DNA from: an uncultured delta proteobacterium
GTDB taxonomy: Bacteria; Myxococcota_A; Polyangia; Fen-1088
Assembly (NCBI GenBank): GCA_963737265.1
Contig: CAVTRY010000011.1
Coordinates: forward strand, 1,056,001 to 1,120,000
DNA: 64,000 nucleotides
Direction: 5' to 3'
Under the pieces are notes generated by a model. It was not told the DNA's origin, did not search any database, and saw nothing but the letters and a program-made list of their open reading frames with translations. Each line of letters begins with the position of its first letter. Position 1 is the first letter of the stretch. Made by a program: the position numbers and the translations under genes. This document shows, piece after piece, positions 19,485 to 29,578 of the stretch.

Positions 19485-19871
19485 CTACCAAATCAGCTTC
19501 GTTCCGTAGAGCCCGAACACGGGGTCTAGGGTAACGAGCGGCAAGTCCTCGGCCTGCGATTGCGCTATCAGTACCCGGTCAAAAGGATCGCGATGCGGAC
19601 CTGGCAAGCCGCCAGCGCGCTGGGCATGGTCGACCGTGATGGGCAGGGGCAGGAAGCCCTGACTATCGAGGCATGCCATCACATCGGTAGCTACCGTTGC
19701 CGCTCCGGGCAGTTTGCCAAGGCGGAACTTGGTGCAGATCTCCCAGGCCGACGCCGCGCTGACCAGCACCGTGGTTTCGTCGTTGCCGATGAGGCGCCGT
19801 GCGCGTTGGGAAAGGCGCGGGTCACCATCCAGCCACCAAAGCAAGGTGTGCGTGTCGAGCAGCACCCTCAC
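19485..19871 (-). CDS. vapC: VapC PIN-domain toxin
   Basis: LLDTHTLLWW, SAASAWEI and HRDPFDRVLIAQ motifs. Confidence 0.92.
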   Translation of the reverse strand: MRVLLDTHTLLWWLDGDPRLSQRARRLIGNDETTVLVSAASAWEICTKFRLGKLPGAATVATDVMACLDSQGFLPLPITVDHAQRAGGLPGPHRDPFDRVLIAQSQAEDLPLVTLDPVFGLYGTKLIW

Positions 19872-19874
19872 GCG

Positions 19875-20105
19875 CTACTTCTCCCAGACCTTGAGTTCGC
19901 TGGCCGGAAGCGGCTCGAAGAACGCAGCCGTGGTGCGCGCCTTGCCCTTGAGAGCGCCGAACCTGCGCTTGCGTACCGGCATTTCCACGGGAACCAAACG
20001 GACCACGGGCGTGTCACCCCTGGCGATCACAATTTCCTCGCCAGCACATGCCTTCTTGATGAGCCGCGAGAGATCCGTCTTGGCTGCATGGATAGTCGTA
20101 CGCAC
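19875..20105 (-). CDS. Phd/YefM-family antitoxin
   Basis: IHAAKTDLSRLI..GEEIVIAR..PVVRLVP. Confidence 0.9.
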   Translation of the reverse strand: MRTTIHAAKTDLSRLIKKACAGEEIVIARGDTPVVRLVPVEMPVRKRRFGALKGKARTTAAFFEPLPASELKVWEK

Positions 20106-20132
20106 AACACTAGACTAGCTAAGCTGCCTTGG

Positions 20133-20390
20133 CTAATCAAGCCGGTAGTGCCCTGAAGGCCAATCTTCTTCCGACACTGGCGTGGTGGGATCCTCATGGA
20201 ATACGATGGGCCCCAAAGCCGGGTTTGGACGAAAACGCGAGGCGAAGGTCGTGTCGGCAGGCTGGGGCGTGACCACGGATGAGCTGGAGAGCACGATCAC
20301 CTCGGCGTCGCCAGCGGGCACTTCCGCGGGAACTTCGATCATGACCTTGTGGTCTTCGGGAATGGTGACGTGCACTCGGTGGGCTTGCAT
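20133..20390 (-). CDS. Small hypothetical, antitoxin-like orphan
   Basis: MQAHRVHVTIPEDH..PAGDAEVIVL..PVSEEDW; GGAG RBS. Confidence 0.55.
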   Translation of the reverse strand: MQAHRVHVTIPEDHKVMIEVPAEVPAGDAEVIVLSSSSVVTPQPADTTFASRFRPNPALGPIVFHEDPTTPVSEEDWPSGHYRLD

Positions 20391-21031
20391 GTTCGTCTCC
20401 GAGAGATTCTGCCAGGGCTGCCGTGGGTGCGCCTGCCCGATGGTCGATAGTGCCACCTCCTCCCGGTTTCGCCAGGAGGAGGTGGTTTCCACGTTTTTCG
20501 GGCCGTGATGGGCGGAATTACTTGTCCTTCTTGTCGGTGGTCGGCGTGGGTGGGGTCGGCGTGTCGCCGCCTCCGCCGTTGTCCGAGGCGTGGTTGGGGG
20601 CGATTTCGCCTTTGTTCCGGTCTTGCTGGGCGCGGTCGCGCGGGAAGATCTGCCTGATGGCGCCGATGTCGCTGTCATAGGCAGAGACGAAGCGCTCGCG
20701 CGCGCCGGATTCGGTGGCACGGGCTTGGCTGACTTTGGTGTCGCCGGCTTGGCGATTGTCGATGGCCGACTTGAATAGGGCGAGTGCCTTGTCGAAGTCG
20801 TCCATGACTTGCGCCTTGACCTTGGCCGCGGCCGGTTGGGTGTCGAGGCGCTCGCGCAAGGCCACGGCCGACGCTACCTGCGATGGACCGATGGGGCGCA
20901 GCTCGCCGTCGAGGCCATTCGGGAACAGCGCCTTGAACGCCGGCCCGCCGGTGGCGCTGTTGTCCGTCGCGTGGGCGAGCAGCGCCACCTGCCGGATCGC
21001 ACGCTCGAGCGCATGCTCGGAGAAGCGGAAG

Positions 21032-21109
21032 TCGCGTGAATGACGGCGGGCTTCGCCCGACGTTACTCATCGCGGGAGTTGGTAAGAACCCTTTGAGGGT
21101 TCTTACTCA
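21032..21109. repeat. 78-bp double-hairpin insert, copy 2
   Basis: Hairpin at 21082-21106; flanked by AAG/AAG. Confidence 0.75.
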
Positions 21110-21202
21110 AAGCCAACGCGCAGATCGGTCATTGCCTGCTCCGCCTCCACGCGCGCCGTTGCCGCTACTCGCAGGGCATCCTGCACGGGCTGAAACGCGC
21201 TG

Positions 21203-21269
21203 GCCCCTCACCCGCCTCGCTGCGCTCGGCGACCTCTCCCCGCCGTGCGGTCCGCCGTGCGGGGCGAGG
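21203..21269 (+). repeat. REP-like palindromic repeat
   Basis: GCCCCTCACCCGCC..CTCTCCCC..GGGGCGAGG; matches 7832-7886 on the opposite strand. Confidence 0.75.
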
Positions 21270-21647
21270 TGGTTTTAGGCGAGGCCATTGCGGGTTTTAC
21301 ACTACGCATGGGTTCCTCCAGTCCCGCCTCCGTGGCGGGCAAGTGACACGGATTGTTGTCCGAGAGGTGGGGCGTGTCAACAGGGGGCTAGGATGGGCTT
21401 GCTTGATGCCGGCGAGGGCAAGCGAGGCACCCATGCAACGAGGTATCCCCTTCCCGCATGCACGGGCGCGAAGGGGCTGCATTTTCTGAACCCTTTCTTC
21501 CCGGCTGCAATCCAAAGCACACTATCTGAACAAGGAAACACGAATGCACGGGCTCGCACCGTTTTGCGCAGGTGCAATTGGGCGAAGGCAAAATGGCGCT
21601 TGTTCGGACTGTGCTGTCGAGCCCGCATTCACCAGCTTGGAGAAACG

Positions 21648-22343
21648 ATGCTTAGATCAGGGTTATGGTTGTCGATGATTGGTCTTCTTTCTCTTGCCGG
21701 ATGCGGCAGTTCCAGCAGCGGAGGTGCGCCGGGTGCGGGTGGTAGTGGGGGAAGCACTGCGGGCGCGGGCGGCAGCCTGGGTGCCGGCGGTAGCGCTGGG
21801 GGGATGACGGGCGCGGGCGGGGCTGGCACGGGTGGCAGTGTGGGGACTGGCGGCACGACGGGTGCGTGCGGGATTGGCTCGGGAACGAGCACCGGCGACA
21901 CCTGCAACTCAGTCGCCCTCAACGGCCCCTGCGTGACGCCTCAACTGTCGACGGGCACCGTGCCCACGGGGATGGGCGGACCGATCAGCAACGGGACCTT
22001 TGTCCTGACCGCAGAGACGCTCTATGCCGACCCGGATGCAGGCATCACTTTCACGGACGCAGGCCTGACCCAGGCAGACCGTCAACAGACGTTCGTCTTG
22101 TCGAATGCAACCTCGGCGTCGTTCACCCTTGACCAGGTGTCGATCACTGGGACACGCACGGACCGATCGCACGGGACAGTGGCGGTCGCGGGCGTGATGT
22201 TTACATTCACGCCTACTTGCCCGCCACCGACGGACGGGGGCGATGATGGCAACACCGGCAGCTTCACGGCCACTTTGACGACGATCACGCTGATCCAGTC
22301 CGCCGCCGCGGGGACCGTGGTCAGCGTGTACACGAAATCCTAG
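21648..22343 (+). CDS. Gly-rich lipoprotein
   Basis: Lipobox LAGC, GxGG linker, Cys-containing beta domain; GGAG RBS. Confidence 0.8.
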   Translation: MLRSGLWLSMIGLLSLAGCGSSSSGGAPGAGGSGGSTAGAGGSLGAGGSAGGMTGAGGAGTGGSVGTGGTTGACGIGSGTSTGDTCNSVALNGPCVTPQLSTGTVPTGMGGPISNGTFVLTAETLYADPDAGITFTDAGLTQADRQQTFVLSNATSASFTLDQVSITGTRTDRSHGTVAVAGVMFTFTPTCPPPTDGGDDGNTGSFTATLTTITLIQSAAAGTVVSVYTKS

Positions 22344-22400
22344 GTACGCATCGCCCGGCCCACTTCTGCGCAAGGCGTAGGGCAGCGAGAGCACGTACTC

Positions 22401-22583
22401 CTAATCCTCGTCGTCCTCCTCGCCGCCCTTGCGGCGGGGCGACTTGAAATCGAAATCGAGTTCCTCGGCGAACATGGTGTCGACTACTTCGTCCATCGAG
22501 CCACCAAGGCCGTCTGACCTGCGCAACTCTTCGCGCTCGAACTCTTCAAAGGTCCGGTAGATTCTCTCGTCGCCATACTTCAT
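22401..22583 (-). CDS. Small acidic hypothetical protein
   Basis: 60 aa; AAGGAG RBS upstream. Confidence 0.7.
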   Translation of the reverse strand: MKYGDERIYRTFEEFEREELRRSDGLGGSMDEVVDTMFAEELDFDFKSPRRKGGEEDDED

Positions 22584-22794
22584 GTCTTGGTTCTCCTTGG
22601 GTTGCAGGGAAACGGACTACATGTAGGTATAAGTAGTACGTAAACCGTGCGTTCGGTCAAAATTTTCGATCTCTTTTCTTTGCGCCCGGCGGCCCCTGCA
22701 TCGAGCACGCGACGAACAAGCGGTCCGACAATGTTGAAAACTGCCAGCCATTGATGCTAGGAGGATGCACCCCAACGCCTGGGCGACGACACTT

Positions 22795-23595
22795 ATGGGC
22801 CGGGTCATCGCGGTAGCGAACCAGAAAGGTGGCGTCGGAAAGACGACCACCGCAGTCAACTTATCGGCCTCACTGGCCGTGGCCGAGAAGCGCATCCTGC
22901 TCGTGGATATGGATCCGCAGGGCAACGCCACTTCGGGGCTTGGACACGCCCGCCAGGCAGCCGGCGGCGAAGGCGGCAGCGTGTACGACGTGCTCATCGG
23001 CCGAAAGTCCATCGCCGAGGTCACGCGCGCGACCGAGCTGCCCTATCTGAAAATCGTGCCCTCGGGCCAAGATCTGGCGGGTGCCGAAATCGAGCTGGTA
23101 TCGCAGCCTTCCCGCGAGATGAAACTGCGCGATCCGCTGCGCCTGGCGGTGCCCGACTACGACTTCATTATCGTTGATACGCCTCCGTCGCTGGGCTTGC
23201 TGACGCTGAACGCGCTTTGCGCCGCGGACGGCGTCCTCGTGCCGCTGCAATGCGAGTACTACGCGCTCGAGGGCCTGTCGGACCTGCGCGCCACGGTCGG
23301 GCTGGTGGGTCGGTCGCTCAATCCCGGCCTCGACATCGAAGGTATTCTTCTGTGCATGGTCGACATGCGCCAGAACCTGGCCGAACAGGTCGCGAGCGAA
23401 GTTCGCAACCACTTCGGCGACAAGGTGTACCAAACGCCGATCCCGCGCAACGTGCGTCTGTCCGAGGCGCCGTCGTTCGGCAAGCCCATCCTGCTCTACG
23501 ATGTGGCTTCGAAGGGCGCCAAAAGCTACATGGAAGCCGCGCGCGAATTTCTCGCACGCCATGCCCGCGGCGCCGAAGGGGGCAAAACCTCGTGA
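22795..23595 (+). CDS. parA: Chromosome partition ATPase ParA/Soj
   Basis: NQKGGVGKTT, DMDPQGNA and IPRNVRLSEAPSFG motifs. Confidence 0.95.
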   Translation: MGRVIAVANQKGGVGKTTTAVNLSASLAVAEKRILLVDMDPQGNATSGLGHARQAAGGEGGSVYDVLIGRKSIAEVTRATELPYLKIVPSGQDLAGAEIELVSQPSREMKLRDPLRLAVPDYDFIIVDTPPSLGLLTLNALCAADGVLVPLQCEYYALEGLSDLRATVGLVGRSLNPGLDIEGILLCMVDMRQNLAEQVASEVRNHFGDKVYQTPIPRNVRLSEAPSFGKPILLYDVASKGAKSYMEAAREFLARHARGAEGGKTS

Positions 23596-24489
23596 GCGCG
23601 GGCGGCGGCAAACGACAGGCTTTGGGCCGAGGTTTGGCGGCGCTGATTCCTGGCGCGTCGGACCCTGCGCCGGAAGCTGGCCAGGGTGCGCATACCTCGG
23701 CGGGCAGCGGACTGCGCACCCTCGACATCGAGGCCATCCATCCCTCGCCCAGGCAGCCGCGCAAGCATTTCGACGACGGCCACCTCGACGAGCTCGCGGA
23801 ATCCATCCGCAGCCAGGGCATCATCCAGCCCCTGGTGGTGCGCGTGCGCGAGGGTGGCGGCTTCGAGCTGGTGGCGGGCGAGCGCCGCTGGCGCGCGGCT
23901 CAGCGCGCGGGCCTGCATCAGGTGCCGGCGGTGGTGCGCGACGTGGCCGAGTCGCAGGCCTTCGAGCTAGCGCTGGTGGAAAACCTGCAGCGCGAGGATC
24001 TCGAATCCCATCGAAGAGGCCGAGGGATACCAGCGCCTCGTCGCCGAGTTCGGCTACACCCAGGAATCGCTGTCGGCGCGGGTGGGCAAGGATCGCAGCA
24101 CCGTCGCCAATGCGCTCCGCCTGCTCAAGCTGCCACCGTCGGTGCGGACCATGGTAATCGAAGGCCAACTGAACATGGGGCACGCCCGCGCCCTGCTCGG
24201 GCTGGAAAGCGACCAGGCCATCGAACGACTGGCCCGCCAGGCCGCGAGCCGGGGACTTTCGGTCCGACAGGTCGAGGGGCTGGTCAAGCGCGAGCGGGAC
24301 AACGGCAATCGCCCCGTCCCGCCGCCCACCGGCCCATCCCCCGCCGCCCGCGACTTGGTCCACCGCCTCGAACAGGCGCTGGCGACGCGGGTGAAGCTGA
24401 CCGAGAGCAGCCCCAAGAGCGGCCATCTCGAAATTTACTACAGCTCCCTCGACGAGCTCGACGCCGTACTGGCCAAGATTTTGCGCTAG
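23592..24489 (+). CDS. parB: ParB/Spo0J, apparent +1 frameshift at about 24002 (probable sequence error)
   Basis: ALGRGLAALI, GERRWRA and ENLQRED in one frame; NPIEEA..GKDRSTVAN in the next. Confidence 0.88.
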
Positions 24490-24714
24490 CCCGCACTATT
24501 CACGAACATCGCGCCACCGACGAGCGCCATCAAGAAACAGTCTGCGCCAGCCTCGCGAAGGACGGCGGGCTAGCCCGATTTTAATGGGAACCCTGAGAGG
24601 GTTCCCAAACCCTCCCGCGACGCCTCGCTGCCGGCACAGCCGACAGGCTCCGCACGCGCTTGCTCAGCCCGCACAGACACCGATTTGGTACAGCTCATGA
24701 AAAATGCGGGCTAG
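24486..24714. repeat. Tandem MITE-like units bounded by CTAGCCCG/CGGGCTAG
   Basis: Units 24486-24573 and 24570-24714; internal GGGAACCCT-GAG-AGGGTTCCC hairpin. Confidence 0.6.
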
Positions 24715-25436
24715 CTTGTCGCGTCCGTGGCGCGCAAACGCTTGGCATGCTCGACCATCAGGGCGTGGAACTCCTGGTAGCTCGCCAGCGAGCGCGGGAG
24801 CTGCCGCTCGCACAGGCGTTTGGCGCGCTCATAGTCGATAGGCGGCCTGCAATACCGGTGGCGGCACAGCACGCGCAACGTATACGCGTCGACCATCATC
24901 TCCGTTTCCTTGTAGGCGTAAAGGCGCATGCTGTCGGCGGTTTCCGACCCTATGCCCCAAACGCCAAGCAACTCGTCCCGCGTGGGTGTTCGCCCATCCT
25001 GGCGCAGGTAGAATTCCGAAAACACGCGCAGCTTTTTCGCCTTGGCGCGAAAGTACCCCGACGCGTGAACGGCCGCCTCGAGCGCGGCATCGGCCGCGGA
25101 CAAAATAGCTTCCGGGGAAAGCAGCGCTTGCTGGTTCAAGCGGCCAAGCGCCCGTTCGACGTTGGTCCAGGCTGTGTTCTGGGTGAGGATCGCGCCGCAG
25201 CAGATCTCGAAACGCTCGGCATCGGTGCTTGGCAGGGAATAGTCGCCGGGATGGTAGCCCGTCAATCGGCCGGTCAGGGTCGGATTGCTTCCCGCGTGAG
25301 AGAGCAGCGGCCACCAGCCTTGCGGGCCATAGGCATCGAGCAAGTCTGACGCGAAAACGTCAAGCGTCGTTCCACGCGACGGAACGAAAGGTCGACCGTC
25401 CTGCGTTTGGGTGATTCGGGTTGCGGCTTCAGGCAT
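24711..25436 (-). CDS. HhH-GPD endonuclease III-like glycosylase (start uncertain)
   Basis: YGPQGWWP, GAILTQNTAWTNVE, GIGSETAD and YQEFHALMVEHAK motifs. Confidence 0.85.
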   Translation of the reverse strand: MPEAATRITQTQDGRPFVPSRGTTLDVFASDLLDAYGPQGWWPLLSHAGSNPTLTGRLTGYHPGDYSLPSTDAERFEICCGAILTQNTAWTNVERALGRLNQQALLSPEAILSAADAALEAAVHASGYFRAKAKKLRVFSEFYLRQDGRTPTRDELLGVWGIGSETADSMRLYAYKETEMMVDAYTLRVLCRHRYCRPPIDYERAKRLCERQLPRSLASYQEFHALMVEHAKRLRATDATS

Positions 25437-25527
25437 ACCATGGACGATGATGATCTCTTGAAACCGCTCCGACAAGAATTGATGATGCAAGCGTGTCCAG
25501 GCACCACGACCCAACCCGAGCGATGAC

Positions 25528-26658
25528 ATGAAGCTGGGCGAAATCCTCCTTCAGCTCGGCATGCTCACGTCCGAGCAGCTCGAAGGAGCTCTGCGCGATC
25601 GCAGTTCGCCCGGGGCAAAGCTGGGCACGAGGCTGGCAGAGCGCGGCCTCCTCACTTTGGATCAGGTCTCCGAAGCCCTTGGCCGTCAGATGGGCGTGCC
25701 CGCGGCCTCACAACGGCACTTCGACAGGGCCGATCCCGCGATCGTCGCCATGCTCAAGCCGAACCTGGCGGCCCGCTATCTGGCTGTGCCGCTGGTGGCG
25801 GCCCGCAGCGGGCCCAAACGCATCGTGGTAGCGATGGCGACGCCGCTCGATGTGCTGGCCGTGGACGACGTTTCCTTCGCCCTAGGCGCACGGGTCGAGC
25901 CGATGGTCGCGGCGGAGCTCGCCATCGCGAGGAGCCTCAAGCGCTTTCACAACATCGATCTCAAGCTGGAGCGCCCCGCCGTTCACGACGCCTTGGACGC
26001 GACGGCGAGCGCGCCGGCCTCTCGCGAAATTCCAGTCCTAGCGACAGCGTCGACCAGTCCCACCCGGCGGACGTTCTCTTCGATGGCCGCGGTGGCTACC
26101 GAGCCGGCTCGAACATTGGCCGCGCCTGCCACGGTCGACGTCTCGCTCGAAGACGCCATTCATCGCCTTTCGGTCGCCGAGCATCGCGAGCAGCTTGCCG
26201 ACATCTTGATTGACTTTATGCAGCCCCGTTTCGGCTGCGGACTCGTCCTCCTCCTGCGCGGCGTGAACGCCCACGTGTGGCGGGGTTTTGCCCCCAGCGT
26301 CGAGTCGCGCGCGATCGAGACCATCGCCTTTCCCATGGCCATGCCGTCGATTTTTCGCACCGCCAAGGAGCGCGTGGCCACCTTCCGCGGACCGCCGCCG
26401 GCCGAAGGCATGCATTTGCAGGCTCAAATCTGGAAGTACCTGCGTTGTCCCGTGCCAACCGACGTGGTCGTAATTCCCATCGCCATTCGCAACCGAATCA
26501 TCAACCTCGTATACGCGCACGGCCGCGACAGCCGCGGTTTGTCCGACGCCTTCGTTCACGAGTTGCAAGCCGTCTGCGCGGCGATCGCCAGCTCGTTCGT
26601 TCGGCTCATTCGCCAGGCGAAGGATGGCCGGCAGGCGACCTTCCCGCCACCGCGCTGA
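25528..26658 (+). CDS. MshEN/GSPII-N domain protein with GAF-like C-terminus
   Basis: KLGEILLQLG and KLGTRLAERG MshEN repeats; VAMATPLD. Confidence 0.75.
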   Translation: MKLGEILLQLGMLTSEQLEGALRDRSSPGAKLGTRLAERGLLTLDQVSEALGRQMGVPAASQRHFDRADPAIVAMLKPNLAARYLAVPLVAARSGPKRIVVAMATPLDVLAVDDVSFALGARVEPMVAAELAIARSLKRFHNIDLKLERPAVHDALDATASAPASREIPVLATASTSPTRRTFSSMAAVATEPARTLAAPATVDVSLEDAIHRLSVAEHREQLADILIDFMQPRFGCGLVLLLRGVNAHVWRGFAPSVESRAIETIAFPMAMPSIFRTAKERVATFRGPPPAEGMHLQAQIWKYLRCPVPTDVVVIPIAIRNRIINLVYAHGRDSRGLSDAFVHELQAVCAAIASSFVRLIRQAKDGRQATFPPPR

Positions 26659-26667
26659 GGACTGCCG

Positions 26668-27804
26668 TCAGCCCTCCCGGCGCAACATCAGCATGTGCTC
26701 GCGCCGCGGGTGGCCGGCAAAGATTTCGCTGAGACGCCGGTCGCGAGGCGGCCGCGACTGGGAGGCTCCCGCCACGGGCAAGAGCCCCGCCTTGGGCGCT
26801 TCGAACTGAATCGCCTCGGCTGCGTCTTCGGCGCGCCCGCCCACCACACCGTCGCCGGCGACCAGAACCACGGCTGCACCCGGCCGAACCACGCGCGCCA
26901 TCTCGCCCAGCCAGCGCCGCCTGTCTCTTTGCCAGCGCTTCTCCGCCGAACCGAGTCCCTCGGAACGGGCCCCGACCTGAATGCGGTCGAGGTTTTCACG
27001 CGGCAGACCGAGCCACAGAAATCGCACGTCGTGGTGCTCGGCGTAGTCATAGGTACCGGCATAGGGCGGCGAGGACAGCACCAAGTCGAATCCACGATCC
27101 GGCAGGTTTCCCAAATTGCACGCGTCGCCGAGCCGAATCACCGGTGCCGGTGTTCCCGCTGGCGTGCGCTGCGCGAGGGAGGCGAGCGACATCGACAGCT
27201 CCTTGGCACGACCCGCGAAGAAGCGCGAGGGCACGCTGCGGCCGATGCGCTGACGGCCTTCTTCGCTCGACTCCAGCTCGGGCGCACGCATGAACTTCAC
27301 CAAGATCGACGAAAAGCAGGCGCGCAGGGCCTGTCCGACGTCATCCTCGGCGGTCTTGCCGAGCAGCTCGCGCAGGCCGAGCAATTCGAGCGCGACGTGG
27401 GGAGAAAAGCGCTCCTTCTCGCGGCTCGCCCAGACCGGAATCATCGGACGAATGCGTTTGCGGGCGCGCTCGGCGGCCTCAGTTGCGATTTCCTCCGCGG
27501 CCATGACCAGCCGCTCGCGGGCAGCCTCGTCAAGCAGCGTCGAGCGAACCTTCGCGATGAGCACGGCCAGCGGGCTGGCATCGCCCCCCGTGGCGTGCCG
27601 GCCGGCAGCCATGGCCTCGACCAAGACCGTGCCGCTGCCGCAAAATGGATCGAGAATGCGTTGTCCGGGCGTCGACAGCGCCGCGATCGCCACGCGAGCC
27701 GTCGACGGATGCATGCGCCCAGCGTAGCTGTGAAACCCGTGGGTGAGGGCACGCGAAAGCCCGCGGTCGATCTCGAACAGCGACCCCATGAGACGAGCCG
27801 CCAC
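26668..27804 (-). CDS. Orphan DNA methyltransferase-like protein (m4C type)
   Basis: THGFHSY, DPFCGSGT and SSPPY motifs. Confidence 0.75.
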   Translation of the reverse strand: MAARLMGSLFEIDRGLSRALTHGFHSYAGRMHPSTARVAIAALSTPGQRILDPFCGSGTVLVEAMAAGRHATGGDASPLAVLIAKVRSTLLDEAARERLVMAAEEIATEAAERARKRIRPMIPVWASREKERFSPHVALELLGLRELLGKTAEDDVGQALRACFSSILVKFMRAPELESSEEGRQRIGRSVPSRFFAGRAKELSMSLASLAQRTPAGTPAPVIRLGDACNLGNLPDRGFDLVLSSPPYAGTYDYAEHHDVRFLWLGLPRENLDRIQVGARSEGLGSAEKRWQRDRRRWLGEMARVVRPGAAVVLVAGDGVVGGRAEDAAEAIQFEAPKAGLLPVAGASQSRPPRDRRLSEIFAGHPRREHMLMLRREG

Positions 27805-27873
27805 GGGCTCGCCCCAGGTTTCGACCGGACCACCCAGAACAGAGAATGCCTGACGTCGCCGAGGTATCAGCGG

Positions 27874-29563
27874 CTACTCCTCGGGAGGCGCGTCGGCGGG
27901 CGGCGGTTGATCGGACGCCGGCTCGTTGCCGACTTCTCCTTCGTCGTCGCCTACCGGCTTCGCGGGACCGGCCTTGCCACCAAATGCGAGCTGCGCTGAC
28001 AGCACGCCCTCGACCGCGACGCCAAAATCGCCGAGCCCACTCAGGACACGAGCATCGAGCGCAAGGGCGAAATGGCGAGAGACGTGATAGATGAAGCCGC
28101 CGCTGACGCCAAACAGGACCGGCCCGATCGGACGCGTGTCTGTCTTGGCGATGAATTTGTCGTTGTTCGGAGTCCCGTCGGGGTTGGTTATCAGGGGTGT
28201 CGGTTTCACGGGAAGACGAACGTACCCGCCGCCGAGATCGCCCGACAATGAAAGCTGAAAATTCCCCCCATCGGACAGATCCGTGTAGTGGATGCCCCGG
28301 ACAAGCGCGGCGAAAGCCATGGAGGTCGGGGCCCCGGAACGACCGCTCGAAACACCAGATATCTGTTGCTGGCTGATGAATTCCCATCTCACCTGGACGG
28401 CCATCGCGAACGTGTCGGAAAACATGTAACCGAACTCGGGCAAAAGACTAAACAGACCCGTCGGCGCGGTTAGAGCGGTTATTTTGATGTTCGTCTCCCA
28501 CTCCAAAGATCCTGCAGGCGCATAACCCCACCCGACGCCGCCACCCAGGCCGAACCAAATCGCGCCTTCGCGGCGGCGGTGCAGCCCAGCTTCGTAGGCC
28601 TCAGCCTTTTGCTGGTCGCGAATCTTCTTCATCGGATCCTCGTCCTCGCCACCGGCAGAACCGCGCGCAGCGCCTTTCTTCCGGATCTCGATGATCGAGG
28701 GGCTGTCGATCTGGCCATTACTGGCTAGCACGTTGTCGCCGGCACCTTGGGCGTCGAAGTAGACTTGCAGGCTCTTGCCTTTGACCATGGGACCGGGCAG
28801 GATCGCCAGATACCAACCCTTGGGGGTTCGTTTCATGGGAAGGACTTGAAACGACTCTCCGCCTTCGACCCGGTAGTGGAGCTGGACGAGTTTGGCGTTG
28901 ATGCCTGGCTTCAAGGCACAGCGGATGGCCAACTCCTTGCCGGCACGCGCGTCCTCGGGCACCGCACACATGAGCGGGGCGGACATGGTGTCCGGCAGAT
29001 CCGGCTCGCCCTCCTCCTCCGGACCGCTGGTGAGCGACGGCGCGGCAGGAGCGGACGGCCGAGCGGCGGGCTTGACCGGCCGGCTCGAACGACGATGCCG
29101 CCTCGGGCACGGGGCTGGGTTCGGCATCGACAGCGGCAAGCTCGAAAATTGTTCGCAGATCGGGGGTCTCGATGGCAGGCGTCAGTTGGATGTCGGGGCG
29201 AATCTTTTTGGCGAGCGCGAAGTTCTGAACCGCCGTCGCCTGGTCCTGGAAGCCAACCCAGTAAACCGCACCGAGGTGGATATAGGTGCGCGCCGTCATC
29301 TTGTCGTCTTCCAGGCCGGACTGTTTGGCTTCCTTGAGCGCTTTGTTAAGAAGGGTCTTGGCGGTCTCGAAGTCCTTGGCCTGGTAGGAAAGGATGGCTT
29401 GCTTGTTCAGATCGACGATCTTGGCGCGCGCCTTGTTTGCATCGGCGGCATGAACCAAGCGGGGTGACAACGCAAGCACGACGCCGGAAAACCCCAGCGC
29501 GAGTGCGAGACATCGAGCCGCAAACAACTGCTTGGCCGATCGCCCGTGTACCTTTGTGCCCAT
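27874..29563 (-). CDS. Secreted TPR-containing protein, frameshift near 29100
   Basis: Signal peptide and TPR in 28718-29563; C-terminal beta-rich part in 27874-29139. Confidence 0.65.
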
Positions 29564-29578
29564 GGTCGCGATTCCTTC

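Larger units (their letters stand above)
20518..21310 (-). pseudogene. Degraded copy 2 of the helical hypothetical gene
   Basis: Carries the same 78-bp insert plus a REP-like repeat replacing part of the 5' region. Confidence 0.7.

Noticed and set aside
22584-24720. oriC or parS near parAB
   Set aside because: No DnaA-box cluster or convincing TGTTTCACGTGAAACA palindrome seen
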